Below, piece after piece: positions 55,146 through 64,000 of a DNA stretch of 64,000 nt. A program made the translations under genes and the position numbers. Positions within the stretch are counted from its first letter, which is position 1; the number at the start of each line of letters is the position of its first letter. The stretch is from an uncultured Candidatus Saccharibacteria bacterium. GTDB taxonomy: Bacteria > Patescibacteriota > Saccharimonadia > CAILAD01 > BJGX01. The notes below the pieces were generated by a model. That model worked only from the letters and a program-made list of their open reading frames with translations, did no database searches and was not told where the DNA came from. The stretch covers positions 134,160-198,159 of the forward strand of contig CAZKFZ010000002.1 in NCBI GenBank assembly GCA_964552475.1. The letters run 5' to 3'.

Positions 55146-58100
55146 CTACAACTTAGGTCGCCACTCTTTTGGGTGGTAACGGCGTCGCACCACTAAAAAC
55201 CCAGCCCCTCCAGTAAGTAGGAGTAAGGTAGATAGAGCAATAAGAGCAATTGCTGGTTTGCCGGTGGGAGCAAGGGTAGCTGGAGTGGGCGTAACACTAC
55301 CAGTAGGTATAAGGGTGCCTTCTACTAGAGCACCAAACTCTGACGTGTGACCAAATCCATCATTGGAAGCATCTGTCATAGTGGTAGTAGCAGAGATAAA
55401 TTTATTACCTTCTACTCCAGCAGGAAGAGTGAATGTAACGCTTTGACCAGTGACATCACCAGCTACATTCTCAAAGCCTAAGAAGGTCTGTCCTTCACCA
55501 TAGCCTGATGGATCAGCTGCATCATTAGCAAAGAACTCTACTCTATAGCCTGTAGCACCAGCTTCGGCATCATTGATGTCTAGATCATAGTTGATGGTGA
55601 CTTGACCATCAGTGGAGGTGATGGAGTTGATGACTGGGAAGTTGAGATAATGATTAGGCCCAGTATTAGTGCCGTCGTAATCTATGTCGTTAGCATCATT
55701 TGGGGTCACTCCTATGTTGATACTCGTGACAAAGTCACTAGTTTGCAGTAAGTCTATACCTTTAGCAATGCTGGCATTTGGAAAAGTAGCACCAGAGTTG
55801 TTGTATATGCTATTACCTAATATTGAAGCTCCTAGAGGATAGAATGTTGCAATACCAATTACAGCAATACCGCTACCATTACCCACTACTGTGTTGCCAG
55901 CTCCTTCGGTAGTTCCACCGATCTGAGTAATAAAGGCATCAGCTAAGACAGCTATCCCAGCCTGAGTATTACCAAAGCCAGCCTCGTATTCACAATTGGC
56001 ATTGGTACCTACACAGTTTCCCTGTACTGTATTGTTGAACGAACTCGCTCCCCCGAATGGACTAAGTCCCATCACTACGATTCCAAATGTAGCATTACCA
56101 GATACAATATTGCCGGCTCCTGAAGTAGTCCCTCCTATAATATTACCGCTGTCTATAGCTCGAAGACCTGGAGATGTTGGGATAGCAGTGGTATTTGGTA
56201 GAACCCCAGACCCATCAGCCTTTAGACCTACATAATTACCCTGCACAGTGGTATTTCCTTCTGCTGATATACCTATGCCACCATTACCACTCACTACATT
56301 GCGGGCACCGGTAGTGGTACCACCTACTATATTGCCTGTGCCAGTACCTGGCTCTATCCTTATACCTGTACTGTTATTTAGAACAGCAAGAGTACCTGTA
56401 TAGTCTGTGCCCACATAATTACCGAGTATTTGATTGTTACTGGCGGCCAACAAGCTGATGTTTAGCACAGTTATGCCTTCGGAATCATTTCCACTTACTA
56501 CATTACGAGCGCCTGTATCCAATCCACCTACAATGGTACCGGATGCATCGTATAGTCCTATGCCAGTTCCGGCATTACCTAGATCAGTGGCCCCATCTAC
56601 AGCAAGACCTACATAGTTGCCCTGAATAGTATTACCCGTACCTGCTGGAGTACCGTCGCCGTCAGTGGATATACCGGAACTATTATTGCCAGATATTATA
56701 TTGCGAGCACCTGAAGTCGTGCCACCTATAGTATTATTTGCAGCGTCATCTCCTAATGCTACGCCGCTAAATGCATTACCTAGATCGGCATCGCCGGCAG
56801 CATTGGTACCTATGTAGTTACCCAAGATTGTATTAGTATCACTATCAGATATATAGACACCAGAACTATTGTTTCCAGATATTATATTACGAGCACCTGA
56901 AGTATTCCCTCCTATAGTAGTTGAATCAGTTTGGCTCAGCTGTACTCCGTTGCCGTTGTTGCCAAGATCGGCAGTACCTGCAGCGTTAGTTCCTATATAG
57001 TTACCTACTACAGTATTTCCAGCTCCTGCCTGGAATAAGGTTACTCCATCGAGTGTATTTCCTGATATTACATTGCGAGCTTCTGCACTGGACCCACCAA
57101 TAGTATTAGTGCTAGCGCCTGCGCCCAACGAAACGCCGAAATTGGTATTGCCGAAATCAACTGCACCTGTTATGTCAGTGCCTATATAATTTCCTTCTAT
57201 CGTAGTTGTTGTTACGTCTTGGCCCAGGAATATGCCATCGACGCCATTATTGGATATGATGTTGCACTCACCCGTACAATTGCCTCCGGCGGTTACTCCA
57301 GTGGTGCCGCCAATTTGAACATTGACTGATTCACCTACAGTTATGCCAGACCCACCGTTTGCAAGCGCTGTTGCACCTGTATATGTCGTACCTATATAGT
57401 TACCGGCTATAGTGAGATTGTCTGAGTTGTGTGGTGCAATACCATGAGAATTGTTGCCAGAAATGACGTTTTTGGCTGCATTGGTAGACCCGCCTACCAC
57501 ATGACCATTGCTATTATCTAGCGACAACGCACCAGAACCCGCTACTTGGGCATTTGGTATGGCAGTAACTCCCGTTGCACCTAGGCCAATGTAGTTTCCC
57601 TGTATAGTCCAGTTGTCATCACCGGTGTTGGGTGATGCGCCACCCTCATTGTTACCAGATATTATATTGCGATCTTCTGCATTGAGACCACCAATAGTAA
57701 GACCATCACCAGCACCATTGTCAGAGTTACCAATACCTCGTAGCGTATTGCCTTGATCTACAAGCCCGGTAGTGTCGGTGCCTATGTAGTTACCAGCTAT
57801 AGTAACATTGGGTGCACCTACGTATATACCATCGTTAGTGAAACGATTGATGACTATACCACGTATACTGCTGCCATCACTACCCGTAGAGAACCTTATG
57901 CCACTAGATGTTCCCGCAAGCTGACCATCTAACTCTACGGTGAGAGTGCCATTAAACGGTGCTGGAGATACTGCAGAGTTGGCTGTAGCTCCACCAGGCG
58001 AGCCGGTATAACCATTAATGGCTACTGGGTCAAAAATAGTTGGTAGCTCTGTAAGGGGTTGAATGGTCATAGCGGCGCTAAATACTATTACGTCTGCACC

Positions 58101-58295
58101 GGGGTTGGAGTTGGCATCGGTAATGGCTTGGCGGAGCGAACCAGCACCAGAGTCAGCATTGTTGGTAACGGTATAGGTAGCGGCAATGGCTCTTTGTGGC
58201 TTGAGTAGTAATACTCCAGAAGAGATGATGTAAGAGAATATAATGACCGAGATAGAGATAATGCTGAATGTTTTTTTGATTTTTGGTTTTTCCAT
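55146..58295 (-). CDS. Large (1049 aa) cell-wall-anchored parallel-beta-helix surface protein (P2) with LAPTG sorting signal, TM and RRRYHPKEWRPKL tail
   Basis: Signal peptide, ATYTVTNNADSGAGSLRQAITDAN, about 25 NxIxGN-type beta-helix coils, shared C-terminal module, LAPTG plus hydrophobic segment plus basic tail. Confidence 0.75.
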   Translation of the reverse strand: MEKPKIKKTFSIISISVIIFSYIISSGVLLLKPQRAIAATYTVTNNADSGAGSLRQAITDANSNPGADVIVFSAAMTIQPLTELPTIFDPVAINGYTGSPGGATANSAVSPAPFNGTLTVELDGQLAGTSSGIRFSTGSDGSSIRGIVINRFTNDGIYVGAPNVTIAGNYIGTDTTGLVDQGNTLRGIGNSDNGAGDGLTIGGLNAEDRNIISGNNEGGASPNTGDDNWTIQGNYIGLGATGVTAIPNAQVAGSGALSLDNSNGHVVGGSTNAAKNVISGNNSHGIAPHNSDNLTIAGNYIGTTYTGATALANGGSGITVGESVNVQIGGTTGVTAGGNCTGECNIISNNGVDGIFLGQDVTTTTIEGNYIGTDITGAVDFGNTNFGVSLGAGASTNTIGGSSAEARNVISGNTLDGVTLFQAGAGNTVVGNYIGTNAAGTADLGNNGNGVQLSQTDSTTIGGNTSGARNIISGNNSSGVYISDSDTNTILGNYIGTNAAGDADLGNAFSGVALGDDAANNTIGGTTSGARNIISGNNSSGISTDGDGTPAGTGNTIQGNYVGLAVDGATDLGNAGTGIGLYDASGTIVGGLDTGARNVVSGNDSEGITVLNISLLAASNNQILGNYVGTDYTGTLAVLNNSTGIRIEPGTGTGNIVGGTTTGARNVVSGNGGIGISAEGNTTVQGNYVGLKADGSGVLPNTTAIPTSPGLRAIDSGNIIGGTTSGAGNIVSGNATFGIVVMGLSPFGGASSFNNTVQGNCVGTNANCEYEAGFGNTQAGIAVLADAFITQIGGTTEGAGNTVVGNGSGIAVIGIATFYPLGASILGNSIYNNSGATFPNASIAKGIDLLQTSDFVTSINIGVTPNDANDIDYDGTNTGPNHYLNFPVINSITSTDGQVTINYDLDINDAEAGATGYRVEFFANDAADPSGYGEGQTFLGFENVAGDVTGQSVTFTLPAGVEGNKFISATTTMTDASNDGFGHTSEFGALVEGTLIPTGSVTPTPATLAPTGKPAIALIALSTLLLLTGGAGFLVVRRRYHPKEWRPKL

Positions 58296-58371
58296 AACAA
58301 TTATTTTATATTCTAACAGTATTAATCAATTATGACAATAGTGGTTATGCTATAATTACAATCATAAATTA

Positions 58372-61188
58372 ATGAAAAAAACACAACACAAAAGTGGAGT
58401 TAGATATGCATTCATACTAGTCTTTTTTGGCTTGTTGTTTTTTGCTGTTCTATACCTTTTGAGCCAAAAAACAAACATTGCCCATGCTGCACCCGATAAT
58501 ATTATAATTAATGAGCTGATGTACCACCCCCTCTCAGACCTAGATAATGACGACTACATAGAACTATATAACCCTACGGTCAGCCCTATTGATATTTCGG
58601 GTTGGTGTTTTACAGCCGGAATAACTGGATGTTTTGCAAATGGTACCACTGTAGGAGCTGGACAGTACATCATTGCCGCCAAAAATATTGTGCAGGCTCA
58701 GACTACCTATGGTGTAACGGCAGTGCTTGAATATGGCGGTAACCTGTCTAACAGTGGAGAAACTATAACCCTTGCAAATGCTTCTTCTGTAACAGTAGAT
58801 ACCATTACTTATAGCGATCATTCACCCTGGTCGGCAAGTCCAGACGGTACTGGCCCGTCGTTAGAGCTCAAAGATCCTAATCTCGACAACTCCCTACCCA
58901 CTTCTTGGTCGGCGAGCATTAACTCACCAACACCCACAGCCCAAAATAGCGTAGTAAACACCAATCTACCATCTGTAACTATACAGAACAAACCCACTGG
59001 TATTGCGGCCAATGCTAGCGCTAACGTTACTGCAACGGTAAGCAATGCAGCTACTGTAGATTTAATATACCAAGTAAATTTTGATGGCGAACAAACTCTC
59101 ACTATGTATGATGACGGTGCGCATGGTGACGGTGCTGTAAGCGACAACGTCTTTGGCGCCACCATACCTGGACAGCTGGCTGGAAAGTTAGTGCGTTACA
59201 AGGTGTCGGCCACAAGCATTGGTGGTAGTGCTACAGCGCCCAGTAATGACGACTCTTTAGATTACTTTGGCTACGTGGTGCAAGATCCTAGCCAAACTGG
59301 AACTACGCCAATATTGCAATGGTTTATTACCGACGCAAATTATACCAGCCTTATTAATGAAGATGTAAACGCCAAAGTATACTACCCTTGCGTGATTGCT
59401 TATGGAGACCAAGTATTTGATAACTCCCAGATACGCATAAAGGGTGAATACTCGGCTACATTTGATAAGTTACCTTTCAAGGTAAAACTACCTAGCGGGT
59501 ATAGCATTGAAATGCCAGGCACACTTACTACTCCACTAAGTGAGTTTCATCTAAACTCTGATTTTCCAAATAACAACTATGTGGTGTCACTAACTTCTTG
59601 GCGGGCTTTCGAGCGAGCTGGGTTTACTATGCCACAGATGGAGAAAATACAACTTCAGCGTAATGGCTCATTTGAGGGAGCCTATACCTTGGCTGAAAAA
59701 TACGACAAAGAATGGCGAGACAGAATGCCGCTCTATAGCACTGGCAATACATATGAGGACTATTGGGAGAAGAAAAACCCTAGCGATAACGACAGAGCCG
59801 ACATAGAAAGTTGGCGCACTAATATGAGTCAGGTATATAGCGAAGCAAAACGTGAATATGTTTTAGACAACAATAATATACCTAATATTATTAATTTCAT
59901 GGCCACTGCCGCGATACTTAGACACCACGACTGGAGCGCCGAAACCAATGTATTAGAATTTCATGATACAGCCGGTACCGGTCGCTGGAGTGTTCTACCT
60001 TGGGATTTAGATCTTGCAATGCAACAGCTTGTTCCTACCGATAATCCTTCGGCTGGTTATGGTGATATGATAGACCCTAGCGATACAGTCCCGTCTGTAA
60101 GTGCCGATGCTAGGTTTTTTGCACGTTCTATCTGGGAAGATCCTGAGCTAAAAGAAATGTACCAACGAAGAATAAGAACCTTAGTTGAGTCTATTTATGG
60201 TGATAATTGGATTCAAAATACGGTAGATATTGAATATGCCAAGGCTCAAACAGCCGCCGAGCAAGACTACACTAAATGGTACAATTACGAGTTCACCACC
60301 AAAATTCAGCCTATTATTGATTTAATCACTGGCCTTGGCTTTGACACAAATAGTCCCGAGGTAATACAGGGATATACCGAACAGTCTACAGGAATGCCTA
60401 TGGCTGATTTTCCCGACCCAGTTACTGCTATAGCCCCCCTCACTCCGGCTAACAGAATTGCTGTATTAAAACACCAGCTTACTCTACGAAAAAATGCATT
60501 TTTGGGAGACTATGTAGATAGGGGCCTTATACCTGGTGCCCAGCCCAGCGATGCCAAAGTGTTAATTAATGAAATTAATTACAACCCTATTGGCGGCCCC
60601 AACCACGAATATATAGAATTCTATAACTCAAATAATTACGCAGTAGACATGTCGGGCTGGCAGATAGAGTCGATTGGTCTAACCTTGCCAGGCGGTTCGG
60701 TAATAGCCGCCGGTAGTTATGCCTTAGTGGTTAAAAATGATCCTGCTTTTAGAGCACAATATGGTGGTGGTAAATTAATACTAGCCGAATACTCGAGTGA
60801 GTTAAATAATCAATCAGCAATACTTAATCTTACTAATTCAAATAACCAAATTGTTGAAACAGCTAGCTATGGTATAGTAAATACCCCTACAGCTGAAAGT
60901 ATTAGCTCGTCTGGCTCAGTTAGTAGATCTTCTGCTTCATTTCTTGGCAGTTCGCTTGCTAGCCTTGAGGCTAGCTCACTAACGCCAGGAGACAAGAACC
61001 CAAACGAGTGCGAAATGGTCATAAATATTTGTAGTGATAGTGATTCAGAAAATAATCAATCCAATCAAGATGTTCTACGCAAAAATACACCCTGGAAAAC
61101 TATAAGCTTATATATTGCGCTCGTGGCTAGTACTACTCTAGTAGTGGTTGGTAGTGTAATTATTTACTTCAGGCTGATTAAAAAGTAG
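58372..61188 (+). CDS. Surface protein with LTD - CotH kinase-like - LTD architecture and C-terminal TM anchor
   Basis: N-terminal LTD (IIINELMYHP...YIELYNPT...ISGWCF), central CotH-like region (YYPCVIAYGDQVFDNSQIRIKGEYSA...HLNSDFPNNN), C-terminal LTD (VLINEINYNP...YIEFYNSN...MSGWQIES), Ser-rich stalk, TM. Confidence 0.7.
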   Translation: MKKTQHKSGVRYAFILVFFGLLFFAVLYLLSQKTNIAHAAPDNIIINELMYHPLSDLDNDDYIELYNPTVSPIDISGWCFTAGITGCFANGTTVGAGQYIIAAKNIVQAQTTYGVTAVLEYGGNLSNSGETITLANASSVTVDTITYSDHSPWSASPDGTGPSLELKDPNLDNSLPTSWSASINSPTPTAQNSVVNTNLPSVTIQNKPTGIAANASANVTATVSNAATVDLIYQVNFDGEQTLTMYDDGAHGDGAVSDNVFGATIPGQLAGKLVRYKVSATSIGGSATAPSNDDSLDYFGYVVQDPSQTGTTPILQWFITDANYTSLINEDVNAKVYYPCVIAYGDQVFDNSQIRIKGEYSATFDKLPFKVKLPSGYSIEMPGTLTTPLSEFHLNSDFPNNNYVVSLTSWRAFERAGFTMPQMEKIQLQRNGSFEGAYTLAEKYDKEWRDRMPLYSTGNTYEDYWEKKNPSDNDRADIESWRTNMSQVYSEAKREYVLDNNNIPNIINFMATAAILRHHDWSAETNVLEFHDTAGTGRWSVLPWDLDLAMQQLVPTDNPSAGYGDMIDPSDTVPSVSADARFFARSIWEDPELKEMYQRRIRTLVESIYGDNWIQNTVDIEYAKAQTAAEQDYTKWYNYEFTTKIQPIIDLITGLGFDTNSPEVIQGYTEQSTGMPMADFPDPVTAIAPLTPANRIAVLKHQLTLRKNAFLGDYVDRGLIPGAQPSDAKVLINEINYNPIGGPNHEYIEFYNSNNYAVDMSGWQIESIGLTLPGGSVIAAGSYALVVKNDPAFRAQYGGGKLILAEYSSELNNQSAILNLTNSNNQIVETASYGIVNTPTAESISSSGSVSRSSASFLGSSLASLEASSLTPGDKNPNECEMVINICSDSDSENNQSNQDVLRKNTPWKTISLYIALVASTTLVVVGSVIIYFRLIKK

Positions 61189-61316
61189 ATTTGATTTATT
61201 AAGCCTTTTGCCTACTCCCTCCAATGTATGGGCCTATTCTAATTAAAACTATAAGCGCTAGACAATAGGTTAAATTAATTTTGAGTATGATTGCGGATAT
61301 TTATAGTTAGGGTAGA

Positions 61317-61892
61317 CTAACTAACTGGCTTAGCTACCACTACTACTCTACCGTCAGCACTACCTTTTTCTGTGCAGGTATAAATAGTTAGCTTAGCTTC
61401 TCCACTGCTATCTTCTATCTCGGTTTGGTTGGGCTTTACCTGAAACACTTTTTCTACCCGATATTTATAATCGTTATTATTCCAGTGTACTAATACTTCT
61501 TCGCCTTCTTTTACGTCTTTGAGACTATAAAAAAAAGATTTTTCGGTGACTTCGCCAGGAGTTTTACCCCAAACAAAGCTGTGAGCACTGAGTATAAAAT
61601 TGCCGCCAGTCTCGGGGTTGCCTCTATCTGGAAATCTATGCCAAGCACCTTTGTCTAGCTGTTCTTCGCCGCCCTCAGTTATTAGGGTATTAATATTATG
61701 ATTAGAAATCTTTACATAGTTCTGATTCTCACTAAAGCTAATATTTGAATTTTTAGAATAAAATCCTTTTAATTTTGGAGAAAAATACAGTATTAAAAAA
61801 TAAACACCAAATAGAATTAGCAAAGACGATATGATTATTAAGAATATCTTGGTATTATTTCTTTTTTTCTTCATAAGCAATAATCTAGACAA
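61317..61892 (-). CDS. Sortase (S2), cassette-associated
   Basis: Same motifs as S1. About 90% identical at protein level. Confidence 0.8.
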   Translation of the reverse strand: MSRLLLMKKKRNNTKIFLIIISSLLILFGVYFLILYFSPKLKGFYSKNSNISFSENQNYVKISNHNINTLITEGGEEQLDKGAWHRFPDRGNPETGGNFILSAHSFVWGKTPGEVTEKSFFYSLKDVKEGEEVLVHWNNNDYKYRVEKVFQVKPNQTEIEDSSGEAKLTIYTCTEKGSADGRVVVVAKPVS

Positions 61893-61934
61893 CTGCTTGG
61901 TATATTATAACAACTATTCTGTTGAGATCTAAAA

Positions 61935-63869
61935 CTACAGCTTAGGTCGCCACTCTTTTGGGTGGTAGCGGCGGCGAACAATTAAAAATCCTGCCCCGCC
62001 GGTTAGAAGGAGTAAGGCCGATACAACAATAAGTGCAAGAGCTGGTTTGCCGGTTGGTGCTAGAGTAGCTGGGGTGGGAGTAACACTACCACTAGGCACA
62101 AGATTACCTTCTACTAATGCACCAAACTCACTAGTGTGACCAAAGCCATCATTGGAGTTGTCGGTCATAGTAGTGGTAGCAGAGATAAACTTATTACCTT
62201 CTACTCCACTAGGCAGTGTAAAGGTTGCTGTTTGGCCTGTGACGTCACCAGCTACGTTTTGGTAGCCTAAGAAAGTCTGTCCTTCACCGTAGCCCGATGG
62301 GTCGGCTGCATCATTAGCAAAGAACTCTATATGATAGCCCGTAGCGCCGGCTTCAGCGTCATTAATATCTAGATCATAGTTGATAGTTACTTGACCATCG
62401 GTGGAGGTGATGGAGTTGATGACTGGGAAGTTCATGAGATGGTTGGATGTTATGTCTGGATCGTCAGCATCATTGAGAGTAACTCCAAGACTTGTGTATG
62501 TCACAAAATCGTTGGTATTACCTAGCAGATCTATACCAAGTGTAGATATACCACCCCCAGAGTTGTTGTATATCTTGTTACCCAGTAATGAATTATTAAG
62601 ACCTCCAGATCCGGCCAGACTGGTCGCTATGACACCTGCACCGTTTCCAGCTATTACATTGGTTTGATTGCTATTTGTACCACCCACCATATTATTATCA
62701 CTAGCAAGAAACAGTAAGCCTGCGTTGGTATTACCAACTCCAGAGACTTCACCATTCATATTGGTGCCAATATAATTGCCTTGAATAGTATTATTTGAGC
62801 CTCCTATTAATAAACCAAGATTATTGTTTCCAGAAATAATGTTTCGAGCAGCTTCGGTATTACCTCCAACAGTATTGCCTCCTCTCATTGAGATACCCAT
62901 ATTAGAGTTACCTACGTCGGTAAGTCCATTATAGCCTACACCTACCAAGTTACCCTGTACTATGGTTCCATCGCCAGCTTCCATACCCCCAGTTCCATTA
63001 CCTGATAAAACATTTGCAGCACCGGTAGCTGTTCCACCTATGATGTTTCCAGTTCCACCAGTATTTACACCAATACCGTTAGATTCGTTGGGCATGGCGA
63101 CTAATCCAGTAGCATCTACTCCCACATAATTACCCTGTATAGTCCAATTATCACAAACATCACAAATACTAATGCCTTCATTGCCATTCGGGCCGCCAGC
63201 ATCGTCGTTGCCAGATATTAAATTTCTATCGGCTGGATCTAGTCCACCCACCACCCCATTGTCTGCAGAGAACCCCGTGCCAGTGCCTATGCCTCTAGCT
63301 TCGTTACCAAGGTCAGATAGACCATCTACGCTGGTACCTATGTAATTACCTGTAATTGTAATGGAGTCTGCTGCTAATATACCAATCCCGTCAAATGCGT
63401 ACCTGTTTATAACCATACCTTTTACCGTACTGCCAGCACTGCCAGTATCAAAAGTAAGCCCATTTACATTGGGGCCACCTGCGTTTTGACCGTCGAGTTC
63501 TATCACCATAGTGCCGTTAAAGGGGTTGGGGGCTACAGCGGTGTTGGCTACCCAACCAGATTGGGTAGTGCCGTCTATAGTAACTTGGTCGGTGATAGAA
63601 GGTAAGGCACTAGTGGGTTGAATAGTGTGTACTCCAGCCCCGGCAATATTAAATGCTATGGTGTCAGCTACCCCTACGCTTGCATTGGCATCCAATATAG
63701 CTTGGCGAAGAGATCCGGCACCAGAATCGTTGGTGTTGGTGACAGTGATAGTTGCAGCCTTAGAGGTATGGGGCTTAAAAAGCAATACTCCAGAAGCTAG
63801 GAGGTAAGAGAGAATGATTACTGTGACAGATAATATACTAAATACTTTTTGGATATTTTTGGTTTGCAT
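61935..63869 (-). CDS. Cell-wall-anchored parallel-beta-helix surface protein (P3), paralog of P1, LAPTG sorting signal
   Basis: About 80% identical to P1 over the N-terminal and beta-helix regions. C-terminus identical to P2, including LAPTG-TM-RRRYHPKEWRPKL. Confidence 0.75.
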   Translation of the reverse strand: MQTKNIQKVFSILSVTVIILSYLLASGVLLFKPHTSKAATITVTNTNDSGAGSLRQAILDANASVGVADTIAFNIAGAGVHTIQPTSALPSITDQVTIDGTTQSGWVANTAVAPNPFNGTMVIELDGQNAGGPNVNGLTFDTGSAGSTVKGMVINRYAFDGIGILAADSITITGNYIGTSVDGLSDLGNEARGIGTGTGFSADNGVVGGLDPADRNLISGNDDAGGPNGNEGISICDVCDNWTIQGNYVGVDATGLVAMPNESNGIGVNTGGTGNIIGGTATGAANVLSGNGTGGMEAGDGTIVQGNLVGVGYNGLTDVGNSNMGISMRGGNTVGGNTEAARNIISGNNNLGLLIGGSNNTIQGNYIGTNMNGEVSGVGNTNAGLLFLASDNNMVGGTNSNQTNVIAGNGAGVIATSLAGSGGLNNSLLGNKIYNNSGGGISTLGIDLLGNTNDFVTYTSLGVTLNDADDPDITSNHLMNFPVINSITSTDGQVTINYDLDINDAEAGATGYHIEFFANDAADPSGYGEGQTFLGYQNVAGDVTGQTATFTLPSGVEGNKFISATTTMTDNSNDGFGHTSEFGALVEGNLVPSGSVTPTPATLAPTGKPALALIVVSALLLLTGGAGFLIVRRRYHPKEWRPKL

Positions 63870-63916
63870 AACAACTTTATGAGTATTGTAGCAAATTTGT
63901 TATGGTTAGGGCAAAC

Positions 63917-64000
63917 TAGCTTACAGGCTTAGCTACCACTACTACTCTACCGTCAGCACTACCTTTTTCTGTGCAGGTATAAATAGTTAGCTTAGCTTCT
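63917..64000 (-). CDS. 3' end of a third cassette sortase copy (S3), 5'-truncated by the window edge
   Basis: 63921-64000 is near-identical to 61319-61400. Translates to ...EAKLTIYTCTEKGSADGRVVVVAKPVS*. Confidence 0.5.

Noticed and set aside
52546-58295. Highly periodic nucleotide repeats inside the big minus-strand ORFs could be mistaken for a CRISPR array or satellite.
   Set aside because: The periodicity is the coding repeat of parallel-beta-helix coils (NxIxGN...). The repeats are imperfect and in-frame within long ORFs, with no spacer/direct-repeat structure.
1-64000. Searched by eye for integrase, transposase, restriction-modification, toxin-antitoxin, Cas or other defence-system hallmarks.
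   Set aside because: None recognised. The NYN/PIN-like protein in the dnaK operon has no antitoxin-sized partner and is not called a toxin.

Overview
Low-GC (about 40% by eye), very gene-dense bacterial chromosomal segment with almost all genes on the minus strand. The gene content suggests a reduced-genome, Gram-positive-type (monoderm) organism, possibly Saccharibacteria/CPR-like. The evidence is an RpfB-like protein next to ksgA, a type IV pilin plus PilM, ComEC, a short ProRS without an editing domain, and sortases paired with LAXTG-type substrates. This assignment is inference only.

The conserved core genes are:
- ksgA/rsmA, a UvrD/PcrA helicase, ppa, tpiA, pyk and pgk;
- a sensor histidine kinase, proS, hisS, pyrB, mgtE, HU, RNase Y, tsaB and tsaE;
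- ruvABC, yebC and comEC;
- a complete hrcA-grpE-dnaK-(PPase-like)-(NYN)-dnaJ heat-shock operon behind a perfect CIRCE operator.

Eight tRNA genes are present (Glu, Pro, Lys-CTT, Arg-TCG, Gly, Arg-TCT, His, Lys-TTT). Five of them sit in a loose cluster at 24.8-26.8 kb.

The less ordinary content is:
1. A T-box riboswitch leader (canonical GGUGGUACCGCGG antiterminator plus an alternative terminator) upstream of an AstE/AspA-like deacylase, proS and RNHCP operon.
2. Degenerate tRNA-Lys-like repeat elements next to both tRNA-Lys genes.
3. A block of four consecutive ATP-grasp ligase genes (three RimK-family, one fused to a retropepsin/RimB-like domain) plus a membrane protein. It lies directly downstream of dnaJ and ends at tRNA-Lys(TTT).
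4. A cluster of a DUF2156-like (aminoacyl-tRNA-transferase fold) protein, an unknown 399-aa protein, a PLP decarboxylase, small ORFs and an M16 peptidase.
5. A GGCT(AIG2)-TsaB fusion.
6. At the 3' end of the window, a tandem array of near-duplicated cassettes. Each cassette encodes a sortase plus a large parallel-beta-helix surface protein (CSLREA-type N-terminus, conserved C-terminal module, LAPTG-like anchor). The array is interrupted by an LTD-CotH-LTD protein gene, and a further sortase copy runs off the window end.

No CRISPR array, transposase, integrase or restriction-modification system was recognised. Coordinates of hand-called RNA and regulatory features are approximate (about +/-2 nt).
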